Shown here: positions 30,769 to 40,112 of the stretch, in pieces
Position numbering within the stretch: position 1 is the first letter of the stretch
Layout of the letters: each line of letters begins with the position of its first letter
DNA from: an uncultured Eubacteriales bacterium
GTDB lineage: Bacteria > Bacillota > Clostridia > Oscillospirales > CAG-272
Length of the DNA: 64,000 nucleotides
Assembly (NCBI GenBank): GCA_934393265.1
Contig: CAKRQL010000005.1
Coordinates: forward strand, 1,897 to 65,896
Direction of reading: 5' to 3'
Notes under the pieces: model-generated
The model's input: only the letters and a program-made list of their open reading frames with translations
What the model was told of the DNA's origin: nothing
The model's database searches: none
Translations under genes and position numbers: made by a program

Positions 30769-33700
30769 ATGAAAAAACAGCTTACGGACAGGACAGCCTC
30801 CTGTATCGTCATTGCGGCATTTCTGATTCTTTCGGTCCTGTCGTTCTTTCTTATGCGCGGAGTCGGGATAAACTACGATAACGCCGACTACCTCGACCGG
30901 AAGAGTGAGACGCGCATAGCAATAGACAAAATCGAAGAGGAGTTCGGAATGAGCGGAAGCCTCTCGATAATGATAGAGGACATAAGCGCGGAGGAGGCAA
31001 AGGCTGTAAAGGGGGAGATAATGGGCATCCCCGGCGTCCTCAACGTCTCCTTTGACAAGGACAGCGAGCGTTATTATAAAAACGGTGACGCACTTCTCGT
31101 AATAATGACAGACGGCGACGACTACTCTGACACGGCGCGCGCCGTGATGGACAGGACGCGCGGGCTCCTCTCGGAGCGGTATGCCGGGCGGATATACTTC
31201 GGCGGTACGGCAAATGAAAAGCGCGACATGCAGGAGTCGATAACCCGGGAGATGGCACTCATACTCGCAATATCTCTCTCACTCGTCGTCGTGATACTCC
31301 TCATCACCTCGCGCTCATGGCTCGAGCCGCTTATACTCCTCGCCGCCTCCGGCGTCGCGGTGCTGATAAACCGGGGAACGAATATAATCTTCGGCGAAAT
31401 CTCCTATATCACAAATTCGATAGCGGCTATCCTGCAGCTCGCGCTGTCGATAGATTACAGCATAATTCTCCTCCACACCTTCAGAAAAAAGCGTGAGGAC
31501 GGGTGCGGGCGACCGATGGCGTCGGCTATCCTCGAGTGTATAAAGCCGGTGTCGGCGAGCGGGCTCACCACCATTGCGGGGCTCGCGGCTCTGCTGTTCA
31601 TGAGCTTCAGAATAGGCTTTGACATCGGCGTCGTGCTTATCAAGGGAATTGTCATATCGGCTGTCTGCTCGATGACCCTGTTTCCTGCTCTTATACTGCT
31701 CCTCGAGCGGGCGCTTGAAAAGACGAAAAAGCACGAGTTTGTACCGAGGGGCGCGGCGTTTGTCAGAATAGCGACAAGGGCGGGGCGGATAATCGTCCCG
31801 GTGATGCTTATAGTCATTATCGCCGCGGGGTGTCTGCAGCCGCTGATAAGTTACAGCTTCACAGACAACAAGGGCTCCGGCACCGTTATCCGCAAGACCT
31901 TCGGCGAGACGAACCCGGTAATAATCCTCTACCCGACGCGGGACGGGAACACGGAGCGCGAGCGCAGGCTCACGGCGATTGCCTCGGCTCTCGTAAGGTC
32001 AGACGGCTCCCCCGCCCTCGCCGACTCGACCTCCTATGCCGGAACGGTGCTCGAGGAATACGACACCGAAACGGCGGTACGAAAGCTCGGCATATCGGAG
32101 AGCGAGGCAGACCTCCTCTATGCGATGTATCACCTCTACGAAAACCCGGATTTTCTTAAAATGACGCACTCCGACTTCATAAATTCCGCCTGCTACCTCG
32201 TGACGGAGGACGAGGACGGCAAAAAGATTGCCGACGCGGAGACCGTGCGGACGCTCTCTCTCCTCCTCTCGGTCGCAAGCCTTATGGCGCGGGAGAACAC
32301 AGCGGAGGAATTTTACAATGCCGTGTCGGAGATAACCGACGGGGAGGGCGGAATATCTCTTTTCTCCGTACAGCAGATGTACGGCTATCTCCTCTACTAT
32401 ACGCTGGGTGACGATAAAATCCCGGCGCGCACGGCACTCAACCTCATGCTCTCGCTCGGCGGGACGGATGGCGAGGGGCTCATAAGCGCGGAAAACCTCG
32501 CCGCGCTCCGGAAAATAAAGGCGGCGACAGACGCCTTTGACAGTGGGACGGCGGGCACAGTTCTCACGGAAGAGGAGCGGACGGCACTTACCGCCGCGCT
32601 CGACGGCTCGTATGCCTACGGCAGGGTAATGACGGCACTCACAGCTGCCGCAGAGAAAATAAGCGGCGAGGCTGTCACAGCCGACATATCCTCCGAGACG
32701 GTCCAACAGGTATACATCATGTATTTCAGGGGACAGGGCGAGCTCAAGGGAAGGCTCACCGGTCGCGCCTTTGTGGGCAGCCTCCTGCTCCTCTCCAAGG
32801 TGAGCGACACAATCGCCTCGCAGCTGACGGAGGCAACGAAAGCAAGGCTCCGTGACATGAAGTCGGTCGACGGCTTTATGACCGACGACGCGGAGCGCAC
32901 GTATAAGGAGACCGCGGAGGACATCGCGGCACTCACCTCGTCTCTCGTAACTTTCAGCCGCGGCACGGCGACCGACGCCGACACGGTGTCCGGAGTTTAT
33001 ATAAAATCCATGGTAGGCGCCGACTGCTACTCCCCCGCCCCGATAACGGCGGAGGACCTGCTGAATTTCATGCTCGGCAACATGGACGAGAACTCACTTC
33101 TCAAAAAGCGCATGACCGACGAGCGGCGGGAGAAGGTGCGCGACGGGCAGGAGGACGTCGAGCGTGCAAAGAGGCTCCTTATCGGCGATAAGTACTCCCG
33201 TATGCTCCTAACCGTCGACCTCCCGGCTGACGGCGACGACACGGAAAAATTCCTGACCGAGCTGAAAGCCGCCGTCCGTGAGATATTTGGCGACGACGCC
33301 TGCACTGCCGGGGAAATCTGCACGGTCTCCGACATGCGCTCATCCTTCGGTCATGACCTGCGGCTCATTAACGTCTTTACGATAATCTCGGTATTCCTCA
33401 TTGTTGCGCTGGTATTCCGCTCGCTCTCCCTGCCCCTCGTCCTTGTCGCGATGATACAGGGGGCTATCTGGGTATCGGTGGCAAGCGGGCTTTTCACCGG
33501 GTCGCCGATATTCTTCATGAGCTACATTGTCGCGACCTGCATACTGATGGGCGCGACGATAGACTACGGTATTCTGATGTCGTCAAGCTATGTTGCAAAT
33601 CGACAGAGCATGGGACGGAGCGAGGCACTCACCTGCTCGCTCGCCGCGGCCATGCCGACGGTGTTCTCATCAGGTCTTATACTCACCGTCTGCGGCTTTG

Positions 33701-33912
33701 TAATAGCCGCCATATCCTCACAGGGCTCTATCTCCACCGTCGGGCTCCTTATCGGCAAGGGGGCGCTCGTCTCGGTGCTTATGATAACCCTCGTTCTGCC
33801 CTCGGTGCTCTTTGTGCTCGACAAATTCATTCTCGCCCTCTCGCTCGGAAAATCCGGCAAGGGCGGGGACGGTACGGAGAAAAAGGAAGAGCCGAAAGAG
33901 GCGGAAAGCTGA
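30769..33912 (+). CDS. MMPL/RND-superfamily membrane transporter with enlarged soluble middle region
   Basis: 1047 aa. Two hydrophobic bundles (about aa 165-365 and 868-1030) separated by about 500 mostly soluble residues. N-terminal signal-anchor helix. 18 nt after the ABC gene. Confidence 0.75.
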   Translation: MKKQLTDRTASCIVIAAFLILSVLSFFLMRGVGINYDNADYLDRKSETRIAIDKIEEEFGMSGSLSIMIEDISAEEAKAVKGEIMGIPGVLNVSFDKDSERYYKNGDALLVIMTDGDDYSDTARAVMDRTRGLLSERYAGRIYFGGTANEKRDMQESITREMALILAISLSLVVVILLITSRSWLEPLILLAASGVAVLINRGTNIIFGEISYITNSIAAILQLALSIDYSIILLHTFRKKREDGCGRPMASAILECIKPVSASGLTTIAGLAALLFMSFRIGFDIGVVLIKGIVISAVCSMTLFPALILLLERALEKTKKHEFVPRGAAFVRIATRAGRIIVPVMLIVIIAAGCLQPLISYSFTDNKGSGTVIRKTFGETNPVIILYPTRDGNTERERRLTAIASALVRSDGSPALADSTSYAGTVLEEYDTETAVRKLGISESEADLLYAMYHLYENPDFLKMTHSDFINSACYLVTEDEDGKKIADAETVRTLSLLLSVASLMARENTAEEFYNAVSEITDGEGGISLFSVQQMYGYLLYYTLGDDKIPARTALNLMLSLGGTDGEGLISAENLAALRKIKAATDAFDSGTAGTVLTEEERTALTAALDGSYAYGRVMTALTAAAEKISGEAVTADISSETVQQVYIMYFRGQGELKGRLTGRAFVGSLLLLSKVSDTIASQLTEATKARLRDMKSVDGFMTDDAERTYKETAEDIAALTSSLVTFSRGTATDADTVSGVYIKSMVGADCYSPAPITAEDLLNFMLGNMDENSLLKKRMTDERREKVRDGQEDVERAKRLLIGDKYSRMLLTVDLPADGDDTEKFLTELKAAVREIFGDDACTAGEICTVSDMRSSFGHDLRLINVFTIISVFLIVALVFRSLSLPLVLVAMIQGAIWVSVASGLFTGSPIFFMSYIVATCILMGATIDYGILMSSSYVANRQSMGRSEALTCSLAAAMPTVFSSGLILTVCGFVIAAISSQGSISTVGLLIGKGALVSVLMITLVLPSVLFVLDKFILALSLGKSGKGGDGTEKKEEPKEAES

Positions 33913-33922
33913 ACACGGGTAT
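33911..33922 (+). repeat. Intergenic motif, copy 3 (gaACACGGGTAT)
   Basis: Overlaps the last 2 nt of the MMPL stop codon and precedes the bidirectional terminator. Confidence 0.7.
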
Positions 33923-33940
33923 ACGGTAAATAAGCTTAAA

Positions 33941-33990
33941 GCCCCGCCGCGGATATTTCACCGCGGCGGGGCACCTCTTTACTTTTTGAG
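33941..33990. terminator. Bidirectional terminator between the convergent MMPL and P-type ATPase genes
   Basis: 12-bp perfect GC-rich stem gccccgccgcgg/ccgcggcggggc with T-rich flanks. Confidence 0.8.
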
Positions 33991-33992
33991 TA

Positions 33993-36410
33993 TTATTTTG
34001 CCGTCTTTTTTGCCTTTCTCTTATTTCCGAGCTCCGTGAGCCATGAGAAGAAACGGTCTATCACATGCTCTAGCGGTCGGCGGAAGAACTGAATGAAAAG
34101 ACACACGGCAGAGCCGGCAAGGAGCGTCACGGTGAGTATCAGCGGACGCTCAAACGCCGCTGTGAGCTCAAGACCGATGGCGTTCCAGCAGCAGAAGAGG
34201 AAGCAGGAGACGCCGACCACCATAAGTGCGGTGAGCCCCACTACCGCGGCGCGCCACCTTGTATACGGGCGGCAGAGGAAGGTGAGATTTATAAATCCTG
34301 TGAGCGTTATGGATATTGTCGCGACGGCAGAGCACTCCGTAGCGGATATTACCCCGAGCTTTGCAAGTATCAGAAGAACAAGCACCGGGACAAACAGCGC
34401 AATCGCATTAGGAATAGCCTTACACATGACGCTCGAGAGGAACGACCCCTCGATACGCTTGTTATTCGGCTCGAGGGCGAGGAGAAACGCGGCTATGCCT
34501 ATTATAAAGGTTTCAAGCAGGAACAGACTCTTTGGCTGGAGAGGATAAAGCGAGAGGGTCGCCGCCGTGAAGAGCGAGAGGAATATTGTGAAGAACGTTT
34601 TCATAAGGAACAGCGACGCCGACTGTCGCACGTTGTTTATGCACCTGCGCCCCTCGTTCACTATATCCGGCAGGGTTGAGAAGTCGGAGTTCTGGAGGAC
34701 TATCTGCGATATTTTTCTCGCGACGTCCGAGCCGTCCGCCATCGCTATCGAGCAGTTGCTCTCTTTAAGGGCGAGGGTGTCGTTTACTCCGTCTCCCGTC
34801 ATGGCGACGGTATGTCCCCGCTCCTTTAAGGTCTTTACAAGGAGCACCTTCTGCTCCGGGGTGACGCGCCCGAATACGGTATACTCCTCCGCCATTCCCG
34901 CAAGGGTCCCGTCGTCGACACCGTCACAGGAGACATATTTTTCATATCCTATAACGCCGACGCGCCCGGCAATGGTCGAGACGGTCTCGGCATTATCTCC
35001 GGAGATTATCTTTATGCGCACATCCTGCGACTGGAACGCGGCTATCGTATCGGCGGCATTAGGTCTTATCCTGTCGCTTATCGCTATGAGCCCGACGGAG
35101 GTGCCCTCCGTATCAAGGGTGTCATGCCTTGCGAGGACGAGGACGCGCTTTCCGTCCCTTGCGAGGGCGGAGATCTCCGCCTCCTGCTCCTCCGTAAGGG
35201 TGCAGGGCACGAAGTGCGGCGCGCCGACGGTAAATGAGCCGAGCCCCTCTATCTCTGCGGCGGAGTATTTTCTTTCGGAGGAGAACGGGATGCGGGAGAG
35301 GATATTACAGCTCCTGTCCGCGCCGAATTTTTCTATCAGGGCGCGGGACGTATTATTGAGGCTCTCCTCCGCGCCCTCGAGAGCCGCCATAACGGTAGCT
35401 ATATATTCTTCGTCAAAGCCCTCTGCCGGTATCACACCGTCAACGCACATTGTGCCGTCGGTTATCGTTCCGGTCTTATCAAGGCAGAGCACGTCCGCGC
35501 GGGCGAGCATTTCTATCGAATACATGTCCTGCACAAGCGTTCTCTTCCTCGCGAGCTTCAGCACGCTCAGCGTCAGGGTCAGGGTGACGAGGAGATATAT
35601 ACCTGCGGGGATCATGCCGATTACCGAGCCGCTGGTGTTTTCAACGGTGTTTTTAAGAATATCCCCGGCGGGGACGCCCGCCCGTATCAGTGCCTGCCGG
35701 TTACAGAAGAAGAGGAGCACCGTCATCGGCACCATGAATATTCCTATATATTTGAGGAGGCTCCCGAGATCACGGAAAAGGTCTGACTGCGGCTTTTTGA
35801 AATTCTTCGCCGCATGCTCGAGCTTATGTATATAGTTATCGTTTCCGACGGCGAGAACGCGGACGAATACCGCGCCGCTCACAATAAAGCTCCCGGCGAG
35901 GACGCGCGCGCCCTCTCCTTTCTTCACGGCGTCCGACTCTCCTGTCAGCATACTCTCGTTTGCCTCCGCGTATCCGGAGATAACCACCGCGTCTGCGAGC
36001 ACCTGATTCCCGGTCTCGAGCCGCATGACGTCGCCGAGGACGACATCGGAGGACGGGATTGTCACAAGGGCACCGTCGCGCACGACCCTCGCATGCGGGT
36101 CGGTCGTCATCGAGAGCTTCCCCACCGTATATTTTGCCCGCATCTCAAGAAAGGTAGAGATAAGGACATTCGGAATTATTATGAAAAGAAAGGTCAGGTT
36201 TCCGAAGCTCTTGAATATGACGAGGAGCACCGCCACAATAGCCCAGACCATATTGAAAAATGTAAACAGATTATCGGTTATGATGCGAAGATAGCTCTTC
36301 CCGTTTCTGTCCTTGGATATATTTCGCTTTCCCTCTGCGGCGAGGCGCACCGCCTCATCTGTCGTCAGACCCCCGGGCAGCGCGGTATTTACGGTTTCTT
36401 CTGTTGTCAC
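33993..36410 (-). CDS. Cation-translocating P-type ATPase (HAD-IC family), substrate unknown
   Basis: ORF 33993..36491; likely GTG start at 36410 after GGGAGAGGGAGAG. Motifs TGESDAV, DKTGTITDG and MTGDGVNDTLAL. The TM4 motif reads IPAGIY. Confidence 0.88.
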   Translation of the reverse strand: MTTEETVNTALPGGLTTDEAVRLAAEGKRNISKDRNGKSYLRIITDNLFTFFNMVWAIVAVLLVIFKSFGNLTFLFIIIPNVLISTFLEMRAKYTVGKLSMTTDPHARVVRDGALVTIPSSDVVLGDVMRLETGNQVLADAVVISGYAEANESMLTGESDAVKKGEGARVLAGSFIVSGAVFVRVLAVGNDNYIHKLEHAAKNFKKPQSDLFRDLGSLLKYIGIFMVPMTVLLFFCNRQALIRAGVPAGDILKNTVENTSGSVIGMIPAGIYLLVTLTLTLSVLKLARKRTLVQDMYSIEMLARADVLCLDKTGTITDGTMCVDGVIPAEGFDEEYIATVMAALEGAEESLNNTSRALIEKFGADRSCNILSRIPFSSERKYSAAEIEGLGSFTVGAPHFVPCTLTEEQEAEISALARDGKRVLVLARHDTLDTEGTSVGLIAISDRIRPNAADTIAAFQSQDVRIKIISGDNAETVSTIAGRVGVIGYEKYVSCDGVDDGTLAGMAEEYTVFGRVTPEQKVLLVKTLKERGHTVAMTGDGVNDTLALKESNCSIAMADGSDVARKISQIVLQNSDFSTLPDIVNEGRRCINNVRQSASLFLMKTFFTIFLSLFTAATLSLYPLQPKSLFLLETFIIGIAAFLLALEPNNKRIEGSFLSSVMCKAIPNAIALFVPVLVLLILAKLGVISATECSAVATISITLTGFINLTFLCRPYTRWRAAVVGLTALMVVGVSCFLFCCWNAIGLELTAAFERPLILTVTLLAGSAVCLFIQFFRRPLEHVIDRFFSWLTELGNKRKAKKTAK

Positions 36411-36481
36411 AAAGCTCTCCCTCTCCCGCGCGGTAGCATGAGTTGCCGTGCAGGTGAAACAATAAAAATAATTCACCCAAT

Positions 36482-36510
36482 ATAATAGCATATATTTTCT
36501 CTTTTTGCAA
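36482..36510 (-). promoter_or_regulatory. Sigma-A-type promoter (TTGCAA-17-TGcTATTAT) for the P-type ATPase
   Basis: Read on the minus strand: -35 at 36505-36510, -10 at 36482-36487. Confidence 0.55.
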
Positions 36511-36596
36511 GCCCCGGAATGGATAAGCTACGGCTTTTTTCGCGCCTGTTATTTTACATTATTCTCCATATTCCGAGCCGCCGGACGGGTGAAAGG

Positions 36597-36625
36597 TTGA
36601 CAAAAGGGAGCATTTGTGCTATAAT
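36597..36625 (+). promoter_or_regulatory. Sigma-A-type promoter (TTGACA-17-TGcTATAAT) for the acyltransferase/GT8 cluster
   Basis: Consensus -35 at 36597-36602 and consensus extended -10 at 36620-36625. Confidence 0.7.
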
Positions 36626-36689
36626 TTTTGGATGTTGCCGCACCTGCGGCAGCAAATTCTGCGGCGGATGCCGGGAGGAGAGGCGGAAA

Positions 36690-37490
36690 ATGAAGTCCCG
36701 AGGGACCCCGATAAAGACGGTTTACTATCGTGATGAGCTCTCCGACGAGTTCTCCGAGGCGGTGATAACTCCAAAGAAAATAGACGGGAGCTACCGGTAT
36801 CTGCGGCGCGGATTTTTCGCCCGGCTCGCGCACATATTCTTCTACCGCGTCATAGCAATTCCGCTTGCCCTCTGCTACCTGAAGCTGAAATTTTGGCACC
36901 GGATAGAAGGAAAAGAAAAGCTCCGCCCCTATAAAAAGACGGCGCGCTTTATCTACGGAAATCACACACAGCCGACGGCGGACGCGCTTATTCCCACATT
37001 TATAACCCACCCCGAAAACGCCTACGTAATAGTCCACCCCGCGAATGTCTCGATGCCTGTGCTCGGTCGGGTGACGCCCTATATCGGCGCGCTCCCTCTT
37101 CCGGACGGGCTCGCCGCGGTGAAAAATTTCAACTCTGCGCTTGACACACTTGTTTCCTCCGGCTCTCCGGTCTATATCTATCCGGAGGCACATATATGGC
37201 CCTACTATACCGGCATACGCCCGTTCGCCGACAGGTCATTCATGTACCCGGTAAAATACGGTGCGCCGGTATTCTGCTTCACTAACGTCTACAAAAAAAG
37301 GAAGCACGGAAAATCCCCGACGATAGTCACATATATTGACGGTCCGTTTTTCCCGGACAAGGCACTCCCGCGTGACAAGGCGCGGGAGGCTCTCCGGTGC
37401 CGTGTGCTCTCCGCCATGAGAGAGCGCGCCGCGCTCTCCGACTGCGAATACATCCGTTACCTACCCGTAGCGGACGAAAGGAAAATTTAA
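36690..37490 (+). CDS. Lysophospholipid acyltransferase (PlsC/LPLAT-family) protein
   Basis: ORF 36519..37490, trimmed to ATG 36690 (GGGAGGAGAGG RBS). Acyltransferase-like motifs YGNHTQPTAD and IYPEAHIW. Confidence 0.7.
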   Translation: MKSRGTPIKTVYYRDELSDEFSEAVITPKKIDGSYRYLRRGFFARLAHIFFYRVIAIPLALCYLKLKFWHRIEGKEKLRPYKKTARFIYGNHTQPTADALIPTFITHPENAYVIVHPANVSMPVLGRVTPYIGALPLPDGLAAVKNFNSALDTLVSSGSPVYIYPEAHIWPYYTGIRPFADRSFMYPVKYGAPVFCFTNVYKKRKHGKSPTIVTYIDGPFFPDKALPRDKAREALRCRVLSAMRERAALSDCEYIRYLPVADERKI

Positions 37491-37492
37491 GA

Positions 37493-38335
37493 ATGATGAA
37501 TGTCATGTTCGCGGGAAACAGCCGCGTTTTTGACGGAATACTCACCTGCGCGCTGTCGATATTCCGCCGCTCCGAGCAGAGGTGCGGCATACATTTCTAT
37601 GTTCTCACAATGGATGTAAGCCACATAAAGCCGGAGTATACGGCGATAGACGACTCTGCCATTGCCTTTCTCGACAGGGTGGCAAAGGAATATCACCCCG
37701 ACAACTGCTTTACGAAAATCGACGTAACCGACCTCTACCGCGAGGAGTTTGCCGCGTGCCCGAACGAGGACGCCTACTGCTCCCCCTATACTCTCATACG
37801 CCTGTTTGCGGACAGGCTCCCGCTCCCCGATAAGATACTCTACCTCGACGCCGATATAATGTTCAACCGCGACATTGATTTGCTCTATTCCGTCGACGTA
37901 TCGGCTGTCGAATACGCCGCGGCGAGAGACCACTACGGAAAATATCTCGTCAACCCGAATTACATAAACGCGGGCGTCATACTCATGAATCTTCAGAAAA
38001 TGCGCGAAACCGGAATACTCACGAGGGCGCGCGCGCTGCTGCGCGAAAAGAAGCTGCCCTTTGCCGACCAGTCCGCGCTCATACGCTCCACTACCTCAAG
38101 GCTGCTGCTTCCGCAGAAATTCAACGATCAGAAGTTTCTTCATAAGCATACGGTGGTGCGCCACTTTTCAAAGCGTCTCTTCTGGCTCCCCTACCCCCAC
38201 ACGGACAACATAAAGCAGTGGGACGTCAGCAGAGTTCACCGTGTGTTCGGCTACTATTGCTTCGACGATATTCTCTACGAATACATATATCTTCGCAAGA
38301 CCTATAACAAGGAGATAAAACAGGATGAACGCTAA
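37493..38335 (+). CDS. Glycosyltransferase family 8 protein
   Basis: ORF 37397..38335, trimmed to ATG 37493 (2 nt after the previous stop). DxD motif YLDADIMF and NAGVILMNL are typical of GT8. Confidence 0.78.
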   Translation: MMNVMFAGNSRVFDGILTCALSIFRRSEQRCGIHFYVLTMDVSHIKPEYTAIDDSAIAFLDRVAKEYHPDNCFTKIDVTDLYREEFAACPNEDAYCSPYTLIRLFADRLPLPDKILYLDADIMFNRDIDLLYSVDVSAVEYAAARDHYGKYLVNPNYINAGVILMNLQKMRETGILTRARALLREKKLPFADQSALIRSTTSRLLLPQKFNDQKFLHKHTVVRHFSKRLFWLPYPHTDNIKQWDVSRVHRVFGYYCFDDILYEYIYLRKTYNKEIKQDER

Positions 38336-40112
38336 ACCGATAATTCCGGTATTCTATGCCTGTGACGATAATTTTGTGAAATTCACGATGGTGTCGATAG
38401 CCTCGATGCTCGAAAATGCGTCCGACGAATACCGTTACGAGATACACATACTCCATACCGATATACAGCCCGAGACAATGAACGCGGTCTACCGCATGCA
38501 GCGCCCCGGCGTGGAAATAAGATTTGACAATGTGAGCGCATATCTGCGCTCGATATCCGATATACTCCCGATACGCGACTACTACACGAAAACAACCTAT
38601 TTCCGTCTCTTTATCGCCGAGATGTTTCCCGGGATAAAGAAGGCTGTATATATCGACAGCGACACTGTCGTTATCGGCGACATATCAAAGATGTACGAGA
38701 CCGAGCTTACAGAGAACGACTGGCTCGGTGCCTGCCACGAACAGGCAATGGTGCAGGAGGATGTCTACGGCACATACGTCGAGCGCTGTCTCGGAATAGA
38801 CAGAAACAGCTACTTCAACGCCGGGGTGCTCCTCATAAACTGCGAGCAGTTCAGGAGGCAGAACATACTCGGAAAATTTGCCGCCATGCTCCGTGTCTAC
38901 AACTTCGTCGTGACGCAGGACGAGGATTATCTGAATGTTATATGTCACGGGCACGTGAAATTCCTGCACCAGGGCTTCAACACCGAGGTGTTCGGCGTTA
39001 TTCCCATTCCGGAGGATGAAATATGCGTGCTCCACTATATCATGGTGTCGAAGCCGTGGCACTTCCCGGACTGCAGGTATGGAGAGTACTTCTGGGAATA
39101 TGCCGCAAAGACCGAGGTCTACCGCGATATACTGAAAATTGCGGAGGATTACACCGACGAGCAGAGAAAATCCGACTTCGACTCCTGCGACCGCCTCGCC
39201 GCGCTCGCCCGGAGCGAGACCCTGCGCGAGGACAACTATCTGAACACGCAAAAAAAGAATAACTGTTCGCCGGACAGACAGAAAATCCTCGACAAGATAG
39301 ACCGCTTTGAGCTCGAGGGACGGTTTGACGAGGATGTGGAGGACGACCCTCCCGGAAGAACCATAATGCCCTCCGAGGTGGACTACACACAGGAGAAAAT
39401 CCGTACACGGGTCATGGCTAAGCTCTCTCACTTCGTTGCGAAGCGGTATCTTAACCACATAGTAAAAAACGGGGATCTCGTTGTAAAGGAGATTATAGGC
39501 TCCGAGCACCTCGACTCCGTGCGCTCCGGCGCCGTCCTGACCTGCAACCACTTCAATGCGATGGACAGCTTTGCCATGCAAATGGCCTACATGAGCGCGC
39601 CGACACAGCGCCGCAGAAAGCTCTTCCGCGTTATACGCGAGGGAAACTATACCTCTTTCCCCGGTTTTTTCGGATTTCTCATGCGGCATTTCTACACTCT
39701 CCCTCTCTCCTCGAATATCGGGACGCAGAAGGAGTTTATCCACGCGGTTGACACCCTGCTGCGCCGCGGGGATTTCGTCCTCGTGTACCCGGAGCAGAGC
39801 ATGTGGTGGAATTACAGAAAGCCGAAGCCCCTGAAGAGCGGTGCCTACTACTTCGCGGCGCGCAACGGGCTCCCGGTCGTGCCCTGCTTTATAACCATGA
39901 GCGACAGCGACAGGACGGACTCCTCCGGCTTTCCTGTCCAGGAATACACGATACACATAAGCAAGCCGATATACCCAGACCCCGAGCAGAATGTGCGCGA
40001 GAACACGCGCCGGATGCTCGATGAAAACTTCGGGGTCTGGAAGAATATATACGAAACGGTTTACGGTATACCCCTTGAATACAAGACCGTAAAGGAGGCG
40101 GCAGACCTATGA
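38325..40112 (+). CDS. Fusion protein: N-terminal GT8 glycosyltransferase + C-terminal LPLAT acyltransferase
   Basis: 595 aa. GT8 part: YIDSDTVV (DxD) and NAGVLLINC. C-terminal part: HX4D motif CNHFNAMD and VYPEQSMW. 11-nt overlap with the upstream GT8 gene. Confidence 0.8.
   Translation: MNAKPIIPVFYACDDNFVKFTMVSIASMLENASDEYRYEIHILHTDIQPETMNAVYRMQRPGVEIRFDNVSAYLRSISDILPIRDYYTKTTYFRLFIAEMFPGIKKAVYIDSDTVVIGDISKMYETELTENDWLGACHEQAMVQEDVYGTYVERCLGIDRNSYFNAGVLLINCEQFRRQNILGKFAAMLRVYNFVVTQDEDYLNVICHGHVKFLHQGFNTEVFGVIPIPEDEICVLHYIMVSKPWHFPDCRYGEYFWEYAAKTEVYRDILKIAEDYTDEQRKSDFDSCDRLAALARSETLREDNYLNTQKKNNCSPDRQKILDKIDRFELEGRFDEDVEDDPPGRTIMPSEVDYTQEKIRTRVMAKLSHFVAKRYLNHIVKNGDLVVKEIIGSEHLDSVRSGAVLTCNHFNAMDSFAMQMAYMSAPTQRRRKLFRVIREGNYTSFPGFFGFLMRHFYTLPLSSNIGTQKEFIHAVDTLLRRGDFVLVYPEQSMWWNYRKPKPLKSGAYYFAARNGLPVVPCFITMSDSDRTDSSGFPVQEYTIHISKPIYPDPEQNVRENTRRMLDENFGVWKNIYETVYGIPLEYKTVKEAADL

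Noticed and set aside
36519-36689. 57-codon N-terminal extension of the acyltransferase ORF
   Set aside because: The extension covers the consensus promoter (36597-36625) and its leader. ATG 36690 has a strong RBS.
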